64,000 nucleotides of DNA from Lingula anatina. Its lineage: Eukaryota > Animalia > Brachiopoda. The notes beneath the pieces are model-generated. The model searched no databases. It saw only the letters and a program-made list of their open reading frames with translations, and was not told the DNA's origin. Below are positions 21,871 to 36,882 of the stretch, piece by piece. A program made the position numbers and the translations under genes. The stretch is from NCBI GenBank assembly GCA_051362555.1, contig CM120641.1, forward strand, positions 23,938,401-24,002,400, read 5' to 3'. Position 1 is the stretch's first letter; the number at the start of each line of letters is the position of its first letter.

Positions 21871-24800
21871 TTGAAGAAAAAAATTTTTCATCCCTACCTG
21901 GCCAAAATTGAAGAAAACTGTCAAACCCGGACCTTACGAAAATCACTCAAAATCACCCAAAAATGACCCGTCACCAATTTTTCCAAAATGAAAATCAATT
22001 AACCACACCTATCATTAATAAAAAATGTGGAAATGCGCCCGGATCACTACAATAAAGCCCCCAATTTCAGCTTTAAAGATTGCCAGAAAGCACACCTGAG
22101 AACAGGATTTGGAGGGGGGGGGTTGGAGAGAGTTTTTGCTCTATTTCTTCCTTAATAATGATACAACCACTCTTTCAGTACTTTACCCTCACTACAAATG
22201 ACCAAACACACCTACCTGACACAATATTGAAGAAAAAAAATTTTCATCCCTACCTGGCCAAAATTGAAGAAAACTGCCATATCCGGACCTTACAAAAATC
22301 ACTCAAAATCACCCAAAAATGACCCGTCACCAATTTTTCCAAAAAGTGATGAAAATCAATTTACCACACCTATCATTCATAAAAAATGTGGAAACGCACC
22401 CGGATCACTTCATTAAAGCCCCCAATTTCAGCTTTAAAGATTGCCAGAAAGCACACCTGAGAACAGGATTTGGAGAGTGGGGGGGTGGAGAGAGTTTTTG
22501 CTCTATTTCTTCCTTACTAATGATACAACCACTCTTTCAGTACTTTACCCTCACTACAAATGACCAAACACACCTACCTGACACAATATTGAAGAAAAAA
22601 ATTTTTCATCCCTACCTGGCCAAAATTGAAGAAAACTGCCATATCCGGACCTTACGAAAATCACTCAAATTCACCCAAAAATGACCCGTCACCAATTTTT
22701 CCAAAAAGTGATGAAAATCAATTTACCACACCTATCATTCATAAAAAATGTGGAAACGCGCCCGGATCACTACATTAAAGCCCCCAATTTCAGCTTTAAA
22801 GATTGCAAGAAAGCACACCTGAGAACAGGATTTGGAGAGGGGGGGGTGGAGAGAGTTTTTGCTCTATTTCTTCCTTAATAATGATACAACCACTCTTTCA
22901 GTACTTTACCCTCACTACAAATGACCAAACACACCTACTTGACACAATATTGAAGAAAAAAAATTTTCATCCCTACCTGGCCAAAATTGAAGAAAACTGC
23001 CATATCCGGACCTTACGAAAATCACTCAAAATCACCCAAAAATGACCCGTCACAAATTTTTCCAAAAAGTGATGAAAATCAATTTACCACACCTATCATT
23101 CATAAAAAATGTGGAAACGCGCCCGGATCACTTCATTAAAGCCCCCAATTTCAGCTTTAAAGATTGCCAGAAAGCACACCTGAGAACAGGATTTGGAGAG
23201 GGGGGGGGGGTGGAGAAAGATTTTGCTTTATTTCTTCCTTAATAATGATACAACCACTCTTTCAGTACCTTACCCTCACTACAAATGACCAAACACACCT
23301 ACCTGACACAATATTGAAGAAAAAAATTTTTCATCCCTACCTGGCCAAAATTGAAGAAAACTGCCAAACCCGGACCTTACGAAAATCACTCAAAATCACC
23401 CAAAAATGACCCGTCACCAATTTTTCCAAAAAGTGATGAAAATTATTTTACCACACCTATCATTCATAAAAAATGTGGAAACGCGCCCGGATCACTACAT
23501 TAAAGCCCCCAATTTCAGCTTTAAAGATTGCAAGAAAGCACACCTGAGAACAGGATTTAGAGAGGGGGGGGTGGAGAGAGTTTTTGCTCTATTTCTTCCT
23601 TAATAATGATACAACCACTCTTTCAGTACTTTACCCTCACTACAAATGACCAAACACACCTACCTGACACAATATTGAAGAAAAAAATTTTTCATCCCTA
23701 CCTGGCCAAAATTTAAGAAAACTGCCATATCCGGACCTTACGAAAATCACTCAAAATCACCCAAAAATGACCCGTCACAAATTTTTCCAAAAAGTTATGA
23801 AAATCAATTTACCACACCTATCATTCATAAAAAATGTGGAAACGTGCCCAGATCACTTCATTAAAGCCCCCAATTTCAGCTTTAAAGATTGCCAGAAAGC
23901 ACACCTGAGAACAGGATTTGGAGAGGGGGGGGTGGAGAAAGATTTTGCTCTATTTCTTCCTTAATAAAGATACAACCACTCTTTCAGTACTTTACCCTCA
24001 CTACAAATGACCAAACACACCTACCTGACACAATATTGAAGAAAAAAAATTTTCATCCCTACCTGGCCAAAATTGAAGAAAACTGCCATATCCGGACCTT
24101 ACAAAAATCACTCAAAATCACCCAAAAATGACCCGTCACCAATTTTTCCAAAAAGTGATGAAAATCAATTTACCACACCTATCATTCATAAAAAATGTGG
24201 AAACGCACCCGGATCACTTCATTAAAGCCCCCAATTTCAGCTTTAAAGATTGCCAGAAAGCACACCTGAGAACAGGATTTGGAGAGTGGGGGGGTGGAGA
24301 GAGTTTTTGCTCTATTTCTTCCTTACTAATGATACAACCACTCTTTCAGTACTTTACCCTCACTACAAATGACCAAACACACCTACCTGACACAATATTG
24401 AAGAAAAAAAATTTTCATCCCTACCTGGCCAAAATTGAAGAAAACTGCCATATCCGGACCTTACGAAAATCACTCAAATTCACCCAAAAATGACCCGTCA
24501 CCAATTTTTCCAAAAAGTGATGAAAATCAATTTACCACACCTATCATTCATAAAAAATGTGGAAACGCGCCCGGATCACTACATTAAAGCCCCCAATTTC
24601 AGCTTTAAAGATTGCAAGAAAGCACACCTGAGAACAGGATTTGGAGAGGGGGGGGTGGAGAGAGTTTTTGCTCTATTTCTTCCTTAATAATGATACAACC
24701 ACTCTTTCAGTACTTTACCCTCACTACAAATGACCAAACACACCTACCTGACACAATATTGAAGAAAAAAAATTTTCATCCCTACCTGGCCAAAATTGAA

Positions 24801-27023
24801 GAAAACTGCCATATCCGGACCTTACGAAAATCACTCAAAATCAACCAAAAATGACCCGTCACCAATTTTTCCAAAAAGTGATGAAAATCAATTTACCACA
24901 CCTATCATTCATAAAAAATGTGGAAACGCGCCCGGATCACTACATTAAAGCCCCCAATTTCAGCTTTAAAGATTGCAAGAAAGCACACCTGAGAACAGGA
25001 TTTGGAGAGGGGGGGGTGGAGAGAGTTTTTGCTCTATTTCTTCCTTAATAATGATACAACCACTCTTTCAGTACTTTACCCTCACTACAAATGACCAAAC
25101 ACACCTACCTGACACAATATTGAAGAAAAAAAATTTTCATCCCTACCTGGCCAAAATTGAAGAAAACTGCCATATCCGGACCTTACGAAAATCACTCAAA
25201 ATCAACCAAAAATGACCCGTCACCAATTTTTCCAAAAAGTGATGAAAATCAATTTACCACACCTATCATTCATAAAAAATGTGGAAACGTGCCCAGACAA
25301 CTTCATTAAAGCCCCCAATTTCAGCTTTAAAGATTGCCAGAAAGCACACCTGAGAACAGGATTTGGAGAGGGGGGGGGGGTGGAGAAAGATTTTGCTCTA
25401 TTTCTTCCTTAATAATGATACAACCACTCTTTCAGTACCTTACCCTCACTACAAATGACCAAACACACCTACCTGACACAATATTGAAGAAAAAAATTTT
25501 TCATCCCTACCTGGCCAAAATTGAAGAAAACTGCCAAACCCGGACCTTACGAAAATCACTCAAAATCACCCAAAAATGACCCGTCACAAATTTTTCCAAA
25601 AAGTTATGAAAATCAATTAAACACACCTATCATTCATAAAAAATGTGGAAACGTGCACGGATCACTACATTAAAGCCCCCAATTTCAGCTTTAAAGATTG
25701 CAAGAAAGCACACCTGAGAACAGGATTTGGAGAGGGGAGGGTGGAGAGAGTTTTTGCTCTATTTCTTCCTTAATAATGATACAACCACTCTTTCAGTACT
25801 TTACCCTCACTACAAATGACCAAACACACCTACCTGACACAATATTGAAGAAAAAAAATTTTCATCCCTACCTGGCCAAAATTGAAGAAAACTGCCATAT
25901 CCGGACCTTACGAAAATCACTCAAAATCAACCAAAAATGACCCGTCACCAATTTTTCCAAAAAGTGATGAAAATCAATTTACCACACCTATCATTCATAA
26001 AAAATGTGGAAACTTGCCCGGATAACTTCATTAAAGCCCCCAATTTCAGCTTTAAAGATTGCCAGAAAGCACACCTGAGAACAGGATTTGGAGAGGGGGG
26101 GGGGTGGAGAAAGATTTTGCTCTATTTCTTCCTTAATAATGATACAACCACTCTTTCAGTACTTTACCCTCACTACAAATAACCAAACACACCTACCTGA
26201 CACAATATTGAAGAAAAAAATTTTTCATCCCTACCTGGCCAAAATTGAAGAAAACTGCCATATCCGGACCTTACGAAAATCACTCAAAATCACCCAAAAA
26301 TGACCCGTCACAAATTTTTCCAAAAAGTTATGAAAATCAATTAACCACACCTATCATTAATAAAAAATGTGGAAACGCGCCCGGATCCCTTCATTAAAGC
26401 CCCCAATTTCAGCTTTAAAGATTGCCAGAAAGCACACCTGAGAACAGGATTTGGAGAGGGGGGGGTGGAGAGAGTTTTTGCTCTATTTCTTCCTTAATAA
26501 TGATACAACCACTCTTTCAGTACTTTACCCTCACTACAAATGACCAAACACACCTACCTGACACAATGTTGAAGAAAAAAATTTTTCATCCCTACCTGGC
26601 CAAAATTGAAGAAAACTGCCATATCCGGACCTTACGAAAATCACTCAAAATCGCCCAAAAATGACCCGTGACAAATTTTTCCAAAAAGTTATGAAAATCA
26701 ATTTACCACACCTATCATTCATAAAAAATGTGGAAACGCGCCCGGATCACTTCATTAAAGCCCCCAATTTCAGCTTTAAAGATTGCAAGAAAGCACACCT
26801 GAGAACAGGATTTGGAGAGTGGGGGGGTGGAGAGAGTTTTTGCTCTATTTCTTCCTTACTAATGATACAACCACTCTTTCAGTACTTTACCCTCACTACA
26901 AATGACCAAACACACCTACCTGACACAATATTGAAGAAAAAAAATTTTCATCCCTACCTGGCCAAAATTGAAGAAAACTGCCATATCCGGACCTTACGAA
27001 AATCACTCAAATTCACCCAAAAA

Positions 27024-28470
27024 TAACCCGTCACCAATTTTTCCAAAAAGTGATGAAAATCAATTTACCACACCTATCATTCATAAAAAATGTGGAAACG
27101 CGCCCGGATCACTACATTAAAGCCCCCAATTTCAGCTTTAAAGATTGCCAGAAAGCACACCTGAGAACAGGATTTGGAGGGGGGGGGTGGAGAGAGTTTT
27201 TGCTCTATTTCTTCCTTACTAATGATACAACCACTCTTTCAGTACTTTACCCTCACTACAAATGACCAAACACACCTACCTGACACAATATTGAAGAAAA
27301 AAAATTTTCATCCCTACCTGGCCAAAATTGAAGAAAACTGCCATATCCGGACCTTACGAAAATCACTCAAATTCACCCAAAAATGACCCGTCACCAATTT
27401 TTCCAAAAAGTGATGAAAATCAATTTACCACACCTATCATTCATAAAAAATGTGGAAACCCGCCCGGATCACTACATTAAAGCCCCCAATTTCAGCTTTA
27501 AAGATTGCAAGAAAGCACACCTGAGAACAGGATTTGGAGGGGGGGGGGGGGTGGAGAGAGTTTTTGCTCTATTTCTTCCTTACTAATGATACAACCACTC
27601 TTTCAGTACTTTACCCTCACTACAAATGACCAAACACACCTACCTGACACAATATTGAAGAAAAAAAATTTTCATCCCTACCTGGCCAAAATTGAAGAAA
27701 ACTGCCATATCCGGACCTTACGAAAATCACTCAAATTCACCCAAAAATAACCCGTCACCAATTTTTCCAAAAAGTGATGAAAATCAATTTACCACACCTA
27801 TCATTCATAAAAAATGTGGAAACGCGCCCGGATCACTACATTAAAGCCCCCAATTTCAGCTTTAAAGATTGCCAGAAAGCACACCTGAGAACAGGATTTG
27901 GAGGGGGGGGGTGGAGAGAGTTTTTGCTCTATTTCTTCCTTACTAATGATACAACCACTCTTTCAGTACTTTACCCTCACTACAAATGACCAAACACACC
28001 TACCTGACACAATATTGAAGAAAAAAAATTTTCATCCCTACCTGGCCAAAATTGAAGAAAACTGCCATATCCGGACCTTACGAAAATCACTCAAATTCAC
28101 CCAAAAATGACCCGTCACCAATTTTTCCAAAAAGTGATGAAAATCAATTTACCACACCTATCATTCATAAAAAATGTGGAAACCCGCCCGGATCACTACA
28201 TTAAAGCCCCCAATTTCAGCTTTAAAGATTGCAAGAAAGCACACCTGAGAACAGGATTTGGAGGGGGGGGGGGTGGAGAGAGTTTTTGCTCTATTTCTTC
28301 CTTAATAATGATACAACCACTCTTTCAGTACTTTACCCTCACTACAAATGACCAAACACACCTACCTGACACAATATTGAAGAAAAAAATTTTTCATCCC
28401 TACCTGGCCAAAATTGAAGAAAACTGCCATATCCGGACCTTACGAAAATCACTCAAAATCACCCAAAAAT
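27024..28470 (+). repeat. Tandem duplication of a dimer, period 724 bp
   Basis: The AAAATAACCCG variant followed by an AAACCCGCCC monomer recurs at +724 (ORF pairs 27050/27774 and 27383/28107). Confidence 0.85.
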
Positions 28471-31400
28471 GACCCGTCACCAATTTTTCCAAAAAGTGAT
28501 GAAAATCAATTTACCACACCTATCATTCATAAAAAATGTGGAAACGTGCCCAGATAACTTCATTAAAGCCCCCAATTTCAGCTTTAAAGATTGCCAGAAA
28601 GCACACCTGAGAACAGGATTTGGAGGGGGGGGTGGAGAGAGTTTTTGCTCTATTTCTTCCTTAATAATGATACAACCACTCTTTCAGTACTTTACCCTCA
28701 CTACAAATGACCAAACACACCTACCTGACACAATATTGAAGAAAAAAATTTTTCATCCCTACCTGGCCAAAATTGAAGAAAACTGCCATATCCGGACCTT
28801 ACGAAAATCACTCAAAATCACCCAAAAATGACCCGTCACCAATTTTTCCAAAAAGTGATGAAAATCAATTTACCACACCTATCATTCATAAAAAATGTGG
28901 AAACGTGCCCAGATAACTTCATTAAAGCCCCCAATTTCAGCTTTAAAGATTGCCAGAAAGCACACCTGAGAACAGGATTTGGAGAGGGGGGGGTGGAGAG
29001 AGTTTTTGCTCTATTTCTTCCTTAATAATGATACAACCACTCTTTCAGTACTTTACCCTCACTACAAATGACCAAACACACCTACCTGACACAATATTGA
29101 AGAAAAAAAATTTTCATCCCTACCTGGTCAAAATTGAAGAAAACTGCCATATCCGGACCTTACGAAAATCACTCAAAATCACCCAAAAATGACCCGTCAC
29201 AAATTTTTCCAAAAAGTTATGAAAATCAATTTACCACACCTATCATTCATAAAAAATGTGGAAACGTGCTCAGATCACTTCATTAATGCCCCCAATTTCA
29301 GCTTTAAAGATTGCCAGAAAGCACACCTGAGAACAGGATTTGGAGAGGGGGGGGGTGGAGAAAGATTTTGCTCTATTTCTTCCTTAATAATGATACAACC
29401 ACTCTTTCAGTACCTTACCCTCACTACAAATGACCAAACACACCTACCTGACACAATATTGAAGAAAAAAATTTTTCATCCCTACCTGGCCAAAATTGAA
29501 GAAAACTGCTATATCCGGACCTTACGAAAATCACTCAAAATCACCCAAAAATGACCCGTCACAAATTTTTCCAAAAAGTTATGAAAATCAATTAACCACA
29601 CCTATCATTAATAAAAAATGTGGAAACGCGCCCGGATCCCTTCATTAAAGCCCCCAATTTCAGCTTTAAAGATTGCCAGAAAGCACACCTGAGAACAGGA
29701 TTTGGAGAGGGGGGGGTGGAGAGAGTTTTTGCTCTATTTCTTCCTTAATAATGATACAACCACTCTTTCAGTACTTTACCCTCACTACAAATGACCAAAC
29801 ACACCTACCTGACACAATATTGAAGAAAAAAATTTTTCATCCCTACCTGGCCAAAATTCAAGAAAACTGCCATATCCGGACCTTACAAAAATCACTCAAA
29901 ATCACCCAAAAATGACCCGTCACCAATTTTTCCAAAAAGTGATGAAAATCAATTTACCACACCTATCATTCATAAAACATGTGGAAACGCACCCGGATCA
30001 CTTCATTAAAGCCCCCAATTTCAGCTTTAAAGATTGCCAGAAAGCACACCTGAGAACAGGATTTGGAGAGTGGGGGGGTGGAGAGAGTTTTTGCTCTATT
30101 TCTTCCTTACTAATGATACAACCACTCTTTCAGTACTTTACCCTCACTACAAATGACCAAACACACCTACCTGACACAATATTGAAGAAAAAAAATTTTC
30201 ATCCCTACCTGGCCAAAATTGAAGAAAACTGCCATATCCGGACCTTACGAAAATCACTCAAATTCACCCAAAAATGACCCGTCACCAATTTTTCCAAAAA
30301 GTGATGAAAATCAATTTACCACACCTATCATTCATAAAAAATGTGGAAACCCGCCCGGATCACTACATTAAAGCCCCCAATTTCAGCTTTAAAGATTGCA
30401 AGAAAGCACACCTGAGAACAGGATTTGGAGAGGGGGGGGGGGGGGTGGAGAGAGTTTTTGCTCTATTTCTTCCTTAATAATGATACAACCACTCTTTCAG
30501 TACTTTACCCTCACTACAAATGACCAAACACACCTACCTGACACAATATTGAAGAAAAAAATTTTTCATCCCTACCTGGCCAAAATTGAAGAAAACTGCC
30601 ATATCCGGACCTTACGAAAATCACTCAAAATCACCCAAAAATGACCCGTCACCAATTTTTCCAAAAAGTGATGAAAATCAATTTACCACACCTATCATTC
30701 ATAAAAAATGTGGAAACGTGCCCAGATAACTTCATTAAAGCCCCCAATTTCAGCTTTAAAGATTGCCAGAAAGCACACCTGAGAACAGGATTTGGAGAGG
30801 GGGGGGTGGAGAGAGTTTTTGCTCTATTTCTTCCTTAATAATGATACAACCACTCTTTCAGTACTTTACCCTCACTACAAATGACCAAACACACCTACCT
30901 GACACAATATTGAAGAAAAAAAATTTTCATCCCTACCTGGCCAAAATTGAAGAAAACTGCCAAACCCGGACCTTACGAAAATCACTCAAAATCACCCAAA
31001 AATGACCCGTCACAAATTTTTCCAAAAAGTTATGAAAATCATTTAACCACAGCTATCATTCATAAAAAATGTGGAAATGCGCCCGGATCACTACATTAAA
31101 GCCCCCAATTTCAGCTTTAAAGATTGCCAGAAAGCACACCTGAGAACAGGATTTGGAGGGGGGGGGGGGGGGTGGAGAGAGTTTTTGCTCTATTTCTTCC
31201 TTAATAATGATACAACCACTCTTTCAGTACTTTACCCTCACTACAAATGACCAAACACACCTACCTGACACAATATTGAAGAAAAAAAATTTTCATCCCT
31301 ACCTGGCCAAAATTGAAGAAAACTGCCATATCCGGACCTTACGAAAATCACTCAAATTCACCCAAAAATGACCCGTCACCAATTTTTCCAAAAAGTGATG

Positions 31401-34400
31401 AAAATCATTTTACCACACTTATCATTCATAAAAAATGTGGAAACGCGCCCGGATCACTACATTAAAGCCCCCAATTTCAGCTTTAAAGATTGCAAGAAAG
31501 CACACCTGAGAACAGGATTTAGAGAGGGGGGGGTGGAGAGAGTTTTTGCTCTATTTCTTCCTTAATAATGATACAACCACTCTTTCAGTACTTTACCCTC
31601 ACTACAAATGACCAAACACACCTACCTGACACAATATTGAAGAAAAAAATTTTTCATCCCTACCTGGCCAAAATTGAAGAAAACTGCCAAACCCGGACCT
31701 TACGAAAATCACTCAAAATCACCCAAAAATGACCCGTCACAAATTTTTCCAAAATGAAAATCAATTTACCACACCTATCATTCATAAAAAATGTGGAAAT
31801 GCGCCCGGATCACTACATTAAAGCCCCCAATTTCAGCTTTAAAGATTGCCAGAAAGCACACCTGAGAACAGGATTTGGAGGGGGGGGGGGGTGGAGAGAG
31901 TTTTTGCTCTATTTCTTCCTTAATAATGATACAACCACTCTTTCAGTACTTTACCCTCACTACAAATGACCAAACACACCTACCTGACACAATGTTGAAG
32001 AAAAACATTTTTCATCCCTACCTGGCCAAAATTGAAGAAAACTGCCATATCCGGACCTTACGAAAATCACTTAAAATCACCCAAAAATGACCCGTCACAA
32101 ATTTTTCCAAAAAGTTATGAAAATCAATTTACCCCACCTATCATTCAAAAAAAATATGGAAACGCGCCCGGATCACTTCATTAAAGCCCCCAATTTCAGC
32201 TTTAAAGATTGCCAGAAAGCACACCTGAGAACAGGATTTGGAGAGTGGGGGGTGGAGAGAGTTTTTGCTCTATTTCTTCCTTAATAATGATACAACCACT
32301 CTTTCAGTACTTTACCCTCACTACAAATGACCAAACACACCTACCTGACACAATATTGAAGGAAAAAATTTATCATCCCTACCTGGCCAAAATTGAAGAA
32401 AACTGCCATATCCGGACCTTACGAAAATCACTCAAATTCACCCAAAAATGACCCGTCACCAATTTTTCCAAAAAGTGATGAAAATCAATTTACCACACCT
32501 ATCATTCATAAAAAATGTGGAAACGCGCCCGGATCACTACATTAAAGCCCCCAATTTCAGCTTTAAAGATTGCAAGAAAGCACACCTGAGAACAGGATTT
32601 GGAGAGGGGGGGGTGGAGAGAGTTTTTGCTCTATTTCTTCCTTAATAATGATACAACCACTCTTTCAGTACTTTACCCTCACTACAAATGACCAAACACA
32701 CCTACCTGACACAATATTGAAGAAAAAAAATTTTCATCCCTACCTGGCCAAAACTGAAGAAAACTGCCATATCCGGACCTTACGAAAATCACTCAAAATC
32801 ACCCAAAAATGACCCGTCACAAATTTTTCCAAAAAGTGATGAAAATCAATTTACCACACATATCATTCATAAAAAATGTGGAAACGCGCCCGGATCACTT
32901 CATTAAAGCCCCCAATTTCAGCTTTAAAGATTGCCAGAAAGCACACCTGAGAACAGGATTTGGAGAGTGGGGGGGTGGAGAGAGTTTTTGCTCTATTTCT
33001 TCCTTACTAATGATACAACCACTCTTTCAGTACTTTACCCTCACTACAAATGACCAAACACACCTACCTGACAAAATATTGAAGAAAAACATTTTTCATC
33101 CCTACCTGGCCAAAATTGAAGAAAACTGCCATATCCGGACCTTACGAAAATCACTCAAAATCACCCAAAAATGACCCGTCACAAATTTTTCCAAAAAGTT
33201 ATGAAAATCAATTTACCACACCTATCATTCATAAAAAATGTGGAAACGCGCCCGGATCACTTCATTAAAGCCCCCAATTTCAGCTTTAAAGATTGCCAGA
33301 AAGCACACCTGAGAACAGGATTTGGAGAGGGGGGGGGGGGGTGGAGAGAGTTTTTGCTCTATTTCTTCCTTAATAAAGATACAACCACTCTTTCAGTACT
33401 TTACCCTCACTACAAATGACCAAACACACCTACCTGACACAATATTGAAGAAAAAAAATTTTTCATCCCTACCTGGCCAAAATTGAAGAAAACTGCCATA
33501 TCCGGACCTTACAAAAATCACTCAAAATCACCCAAAAATGACCCGTCACCAATTTTTCCAAAAAGTGATGAAAATCAATTTACCACACATATCATTCATA
33601 AAAAATGTGGAAACGCACCCGGATCACTTCATTAAAGCCCCCAATTTCAGCTTTAAAGATTGCCAGAAAGCACACCTGAGAACAGGATTTGGAGAGTGGG
33701 GGGGTGGAGAGAGTTTTTGCTCTATTTCTTCCTTACTAATGATACAACCACTCTTTCAGTACTTTACCCTCACTACAAATGACCAAACACACCTACCTGA
33801 CACAATATTGAAGAAAAAAAATTTTCATCCCTACCTGGCCAAAATTGAAGAAAACTGCCATATCCGGACCTTACGAAAATCACTCAAATTCACCCAAAAA
33901 TGACCCGTCACCAATTTTTCCAAAAAGTGATGAAAATCAATTTACCACACCTATCATTCATAAAAAATGTGGAAACCCGCCCGGATCACTACATTAAAGC
34001 CCCCAATTTCAGCTTTAAAGATTGCAAGAAAGCACACCTGAGAACAGGATTTGGAGAGGGGGGGGGGGGTGGAGAGAGTTTTTGCTCTATTTCTTCCTTA
34101 ATAATGATACAACCACTCTTTCAGTACTTTACCCTCACTACAAATGACCAAACACACCTACCTGACACAATATTGAAGAAAAAAAATTTTCATCCCTACC
34201 TGGCCAAAATTGAAGAAAACTGCCATATCCGGACCTTACGAAAATCACTCAAAATCAACCAAAAATGACCCGTCACCAATTTTTCCAAAAAGTGATGAAA
34301 ATCAATTTACCACACCTATCATTCATAAAAAATGTGGAAACGTGCCCAGATAACTTCATTAAAGCCCCCAATTTCAGCTTTAAAGATTGCCAGAAAGCAC

Positions 34401-35915
34401 ACCTGAGAACAGGATTTGGAGAGGGGGGGGGGGGTGGAGAAAGATTTTGCTCTATTTCTTCCTTAATAATGATACAACCACTCTTTCAGTACCTTACCCT
34501 CACTACAAATGACCAAACACACCTACCTGACACAATATTGAAGAAAAAAATTTTTCATCCCTACCTGGCCAAAATTGAAGAAAACTGCCAAACCCGGACC
34601 TTACGAAAATCACTCAAAATCACCCAAAAATGACCCGTCACAAATTTTTCCAAAAAGTTATGAAAATCAATTAACCACACCTATCATTCATAAAAAATGT
34701 GGAAACGCGCCCGGATCACTACATTAAAGCCCCCAATTTCAGCTTTAAAGATTGCAAGAAAGCACACCTGAGAACAGGATTTGGAGAGGGGGGGGTGGAG
34801 AGAGTTTTTGCTCTATTTCTTCCTTAATAATGATACAACCACTCTTTCAGTACTTTACCCTCACTACAAATGACCAAACACACCAACCTGACACAATATT
34901 GAAGAAAAAAAATTTTCATCCCTACCTGGCCAAAATTGAAGAAAACTGCCATATCCGGACCTTACGAAAATCACTCAAATTCACCCAAAAATGACCCGTC
35001 ACCAATTTTTCCAAAAAGTGATGAAAATCAATTTACCACACCTATCATTCATAAAAAATGTGGAAACGCGCCCGGATCACTACATTAAAGCCCCCAATTT
35101 CAGCTTTAAAGATTGCAAGAAAGCACACCTGAGAACAGGATTTGGAGAGGGGGGGGTGGAGAGAGTTTTTGCTCTATTTCTTCCTTAATAATGATACAAC
35201 CACTCTTTCAGTACTTTACCCTCACTACAAATGACCAAACACACCTACCTGACACAATATTGAAGAAAAAAAATTTTCATCCCTACCTGGCCAAAACTGA
35301 AGAAAACTGCCATATCCGGACCTTACGAAAATCACTCAAAATCACCCAAAAATGACCCGTCACAAATTTTTCCAAAAAGTGATGAAAATCAATTTACCAC
35401 ACATATCATTCATAAAAAATGTGGAAACGCGCCCGGATCACTTCATTAAAGCCCCCAATTTCAGCTTTAAAGATTGCCAGAAAGCACACCTGAGAACAGG
35501 ATTTGGAGAGTGGGGGGGTGGAGAGAGTTTTTGCTCTATTTCTTCCTTACTAATGATACAACCACTCTTTCAGTACTTTACCCTCACTACAAATGACCAA
35601 ACACACCTACCTGACAAAATATTGAAGAAAAACATTTTTCATCCCTACCTGGCCAAAATTGAAGAAAACTGCCATATCCGGACCTTACGAAAATCACTCA
35701 AAATCACCCAAAAATGACCCGTCACAAATTTTTCCAAAAAGTTATGAAAATCAATTTACCACACCTATCATTCATAAAAAATGTGGAAACGCGCCCGGAT
35801 CACTTCATTAAAGCCCCCAATTTCAGCTTTAAAGATTGCCAGAAAGCACACCTGAGAACAGGATTTGGAGAGGGGGGGGGGGGGTGGAGAGAGTTTTTGC
35901 TCTATTTCTTCCTTA

Positions 35916-36882
35916 GGCCACACTTTTTTAATTTTATGGATGACATCCTGCGCGCGCACGGATTTTCGCCCGTTCTCCAAAAAAAAAAAAAAAAAAGCCC
36001 CCCCCCCCAGCCCCCAACGAAGTCGGTTGTCGCAAACGTTGTTATTGAATTTGCAAGGAAATGAGCTTTCTGCGCATGCGTATTTTCGCCACGTGGAAAT
36101 GCGGCCACTTTGCTGTCAAATTCATCTCTAGGATTACTTTCAAATTACACAACAATAAAAGTCATCAAGAGAACGGGCGCCATCGTTTTGGATTGGTATG
36201 CCATTGATATTGGGCATGGAGATATCACCTTTTTACAATTGTGCGAAAGGCTGGAGGCGGCCGAAACATTTCTGTGACATTCTGTATAAAGCAGCACATT
36301 AATACCAGGTTTTCTGTAGCGAAAAAAGGGTCGACAAGGGCGTCGAGGTATTTGGTGGGCTGAAGGTCGGACAGGCCACCTGACAGTTTAGCTGCTTCGT
36401 GTGAGTTGAAGTTGACAAAATGGCATCGTCTGAAATGACCTTTAATAGATTTGGTAGTATTAAGCATATCTTTGCATCATTTTTTAAACATTTCTGTGAA
36501 GTGTTCAAAATGTTTTAATATTCTGAGAATACAAATAAAGACGCACTGTTTGATTGATATTTGTTTTATTGATTGCTATACCAAATGAATGCATGAAATA
36601 ACCTTAAATAGATTTGGTAATATGAAGTATATCAATTCATGACTTTTTTTTACATTTCTACGAAGTATTCACAATGCTTTAATATTTTGAGAGCATGGAT
36701 AAAGACATATTGTTAGTTTGATACGTGTTTCTGTGGTTAAATTTGTGTTTCCAGCTGTGTACTGACAGCATTCCTTTACCTAAGCAGTTTTTTTTTTTGG
36801 ACTGTTTTTTTTTTTTTCGCCCTCTCGCACCGATTTTGGGGTACCCAGAGGATGTCATCCATAAAAATAAAAAAGTGTGGCC
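35916..36882. mobile_element. MITE (non-autonomous DNA transposon), 967 bp, 34 bp TIRs, TTA TSD; Zator- or PIF/Harbinger-like
   Basis: TIR GGCCACACTTTTTTA(A/T)TTTTATGGATGACATCCT is present at both ends with one mismatch. TTA is duplicated at 35913-35915 and 36883-36885. The host monomer is exactly 970 bp (967+3) longer than its paralogue (33171 to 33538 = 367; 35714 to 37051 = 1337). There is no credible ORF. Confidence 0.95.
36432..36725 (+). repeat. Diverged internal direct repeat in the MITE, 2 x ~130 bp, period ~163 bp
   Basis: GAAATGACCTTTAATAGATTTGGTAGTATTAAGCATATC... (36432) aligns with GAAATAACCTTAAATAGATTTGGTAATATGAAGTATATC... (36595), and the match continues through ACATTTCT, TTTAATATT and ATAAAGAC. 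Confidence 0.85.

Larger units (their letters stand above)
8976..35915 (+). repeat. Satellite array segment 2, ~361 bp monomer, ~74 copies
   Basis: The monomer resumes in register at CCGGACCTTACG (8976) and continues until the insertion at 35916. Confidence 0.99.

Noticed and set aside
35974-36010. A-run as the poly(A) tail of a SINE or LINE
   Set aside because: It lies inside a TIR-bounded element and has no TSD of its own or Pol III boxes.
35768-36508. Short ORFs in or overlapping the MITE
   Set aside because: The MITE-derived portions are under 90 aa, cross homopolymers or the insertion junction, and show no recognisable motif.
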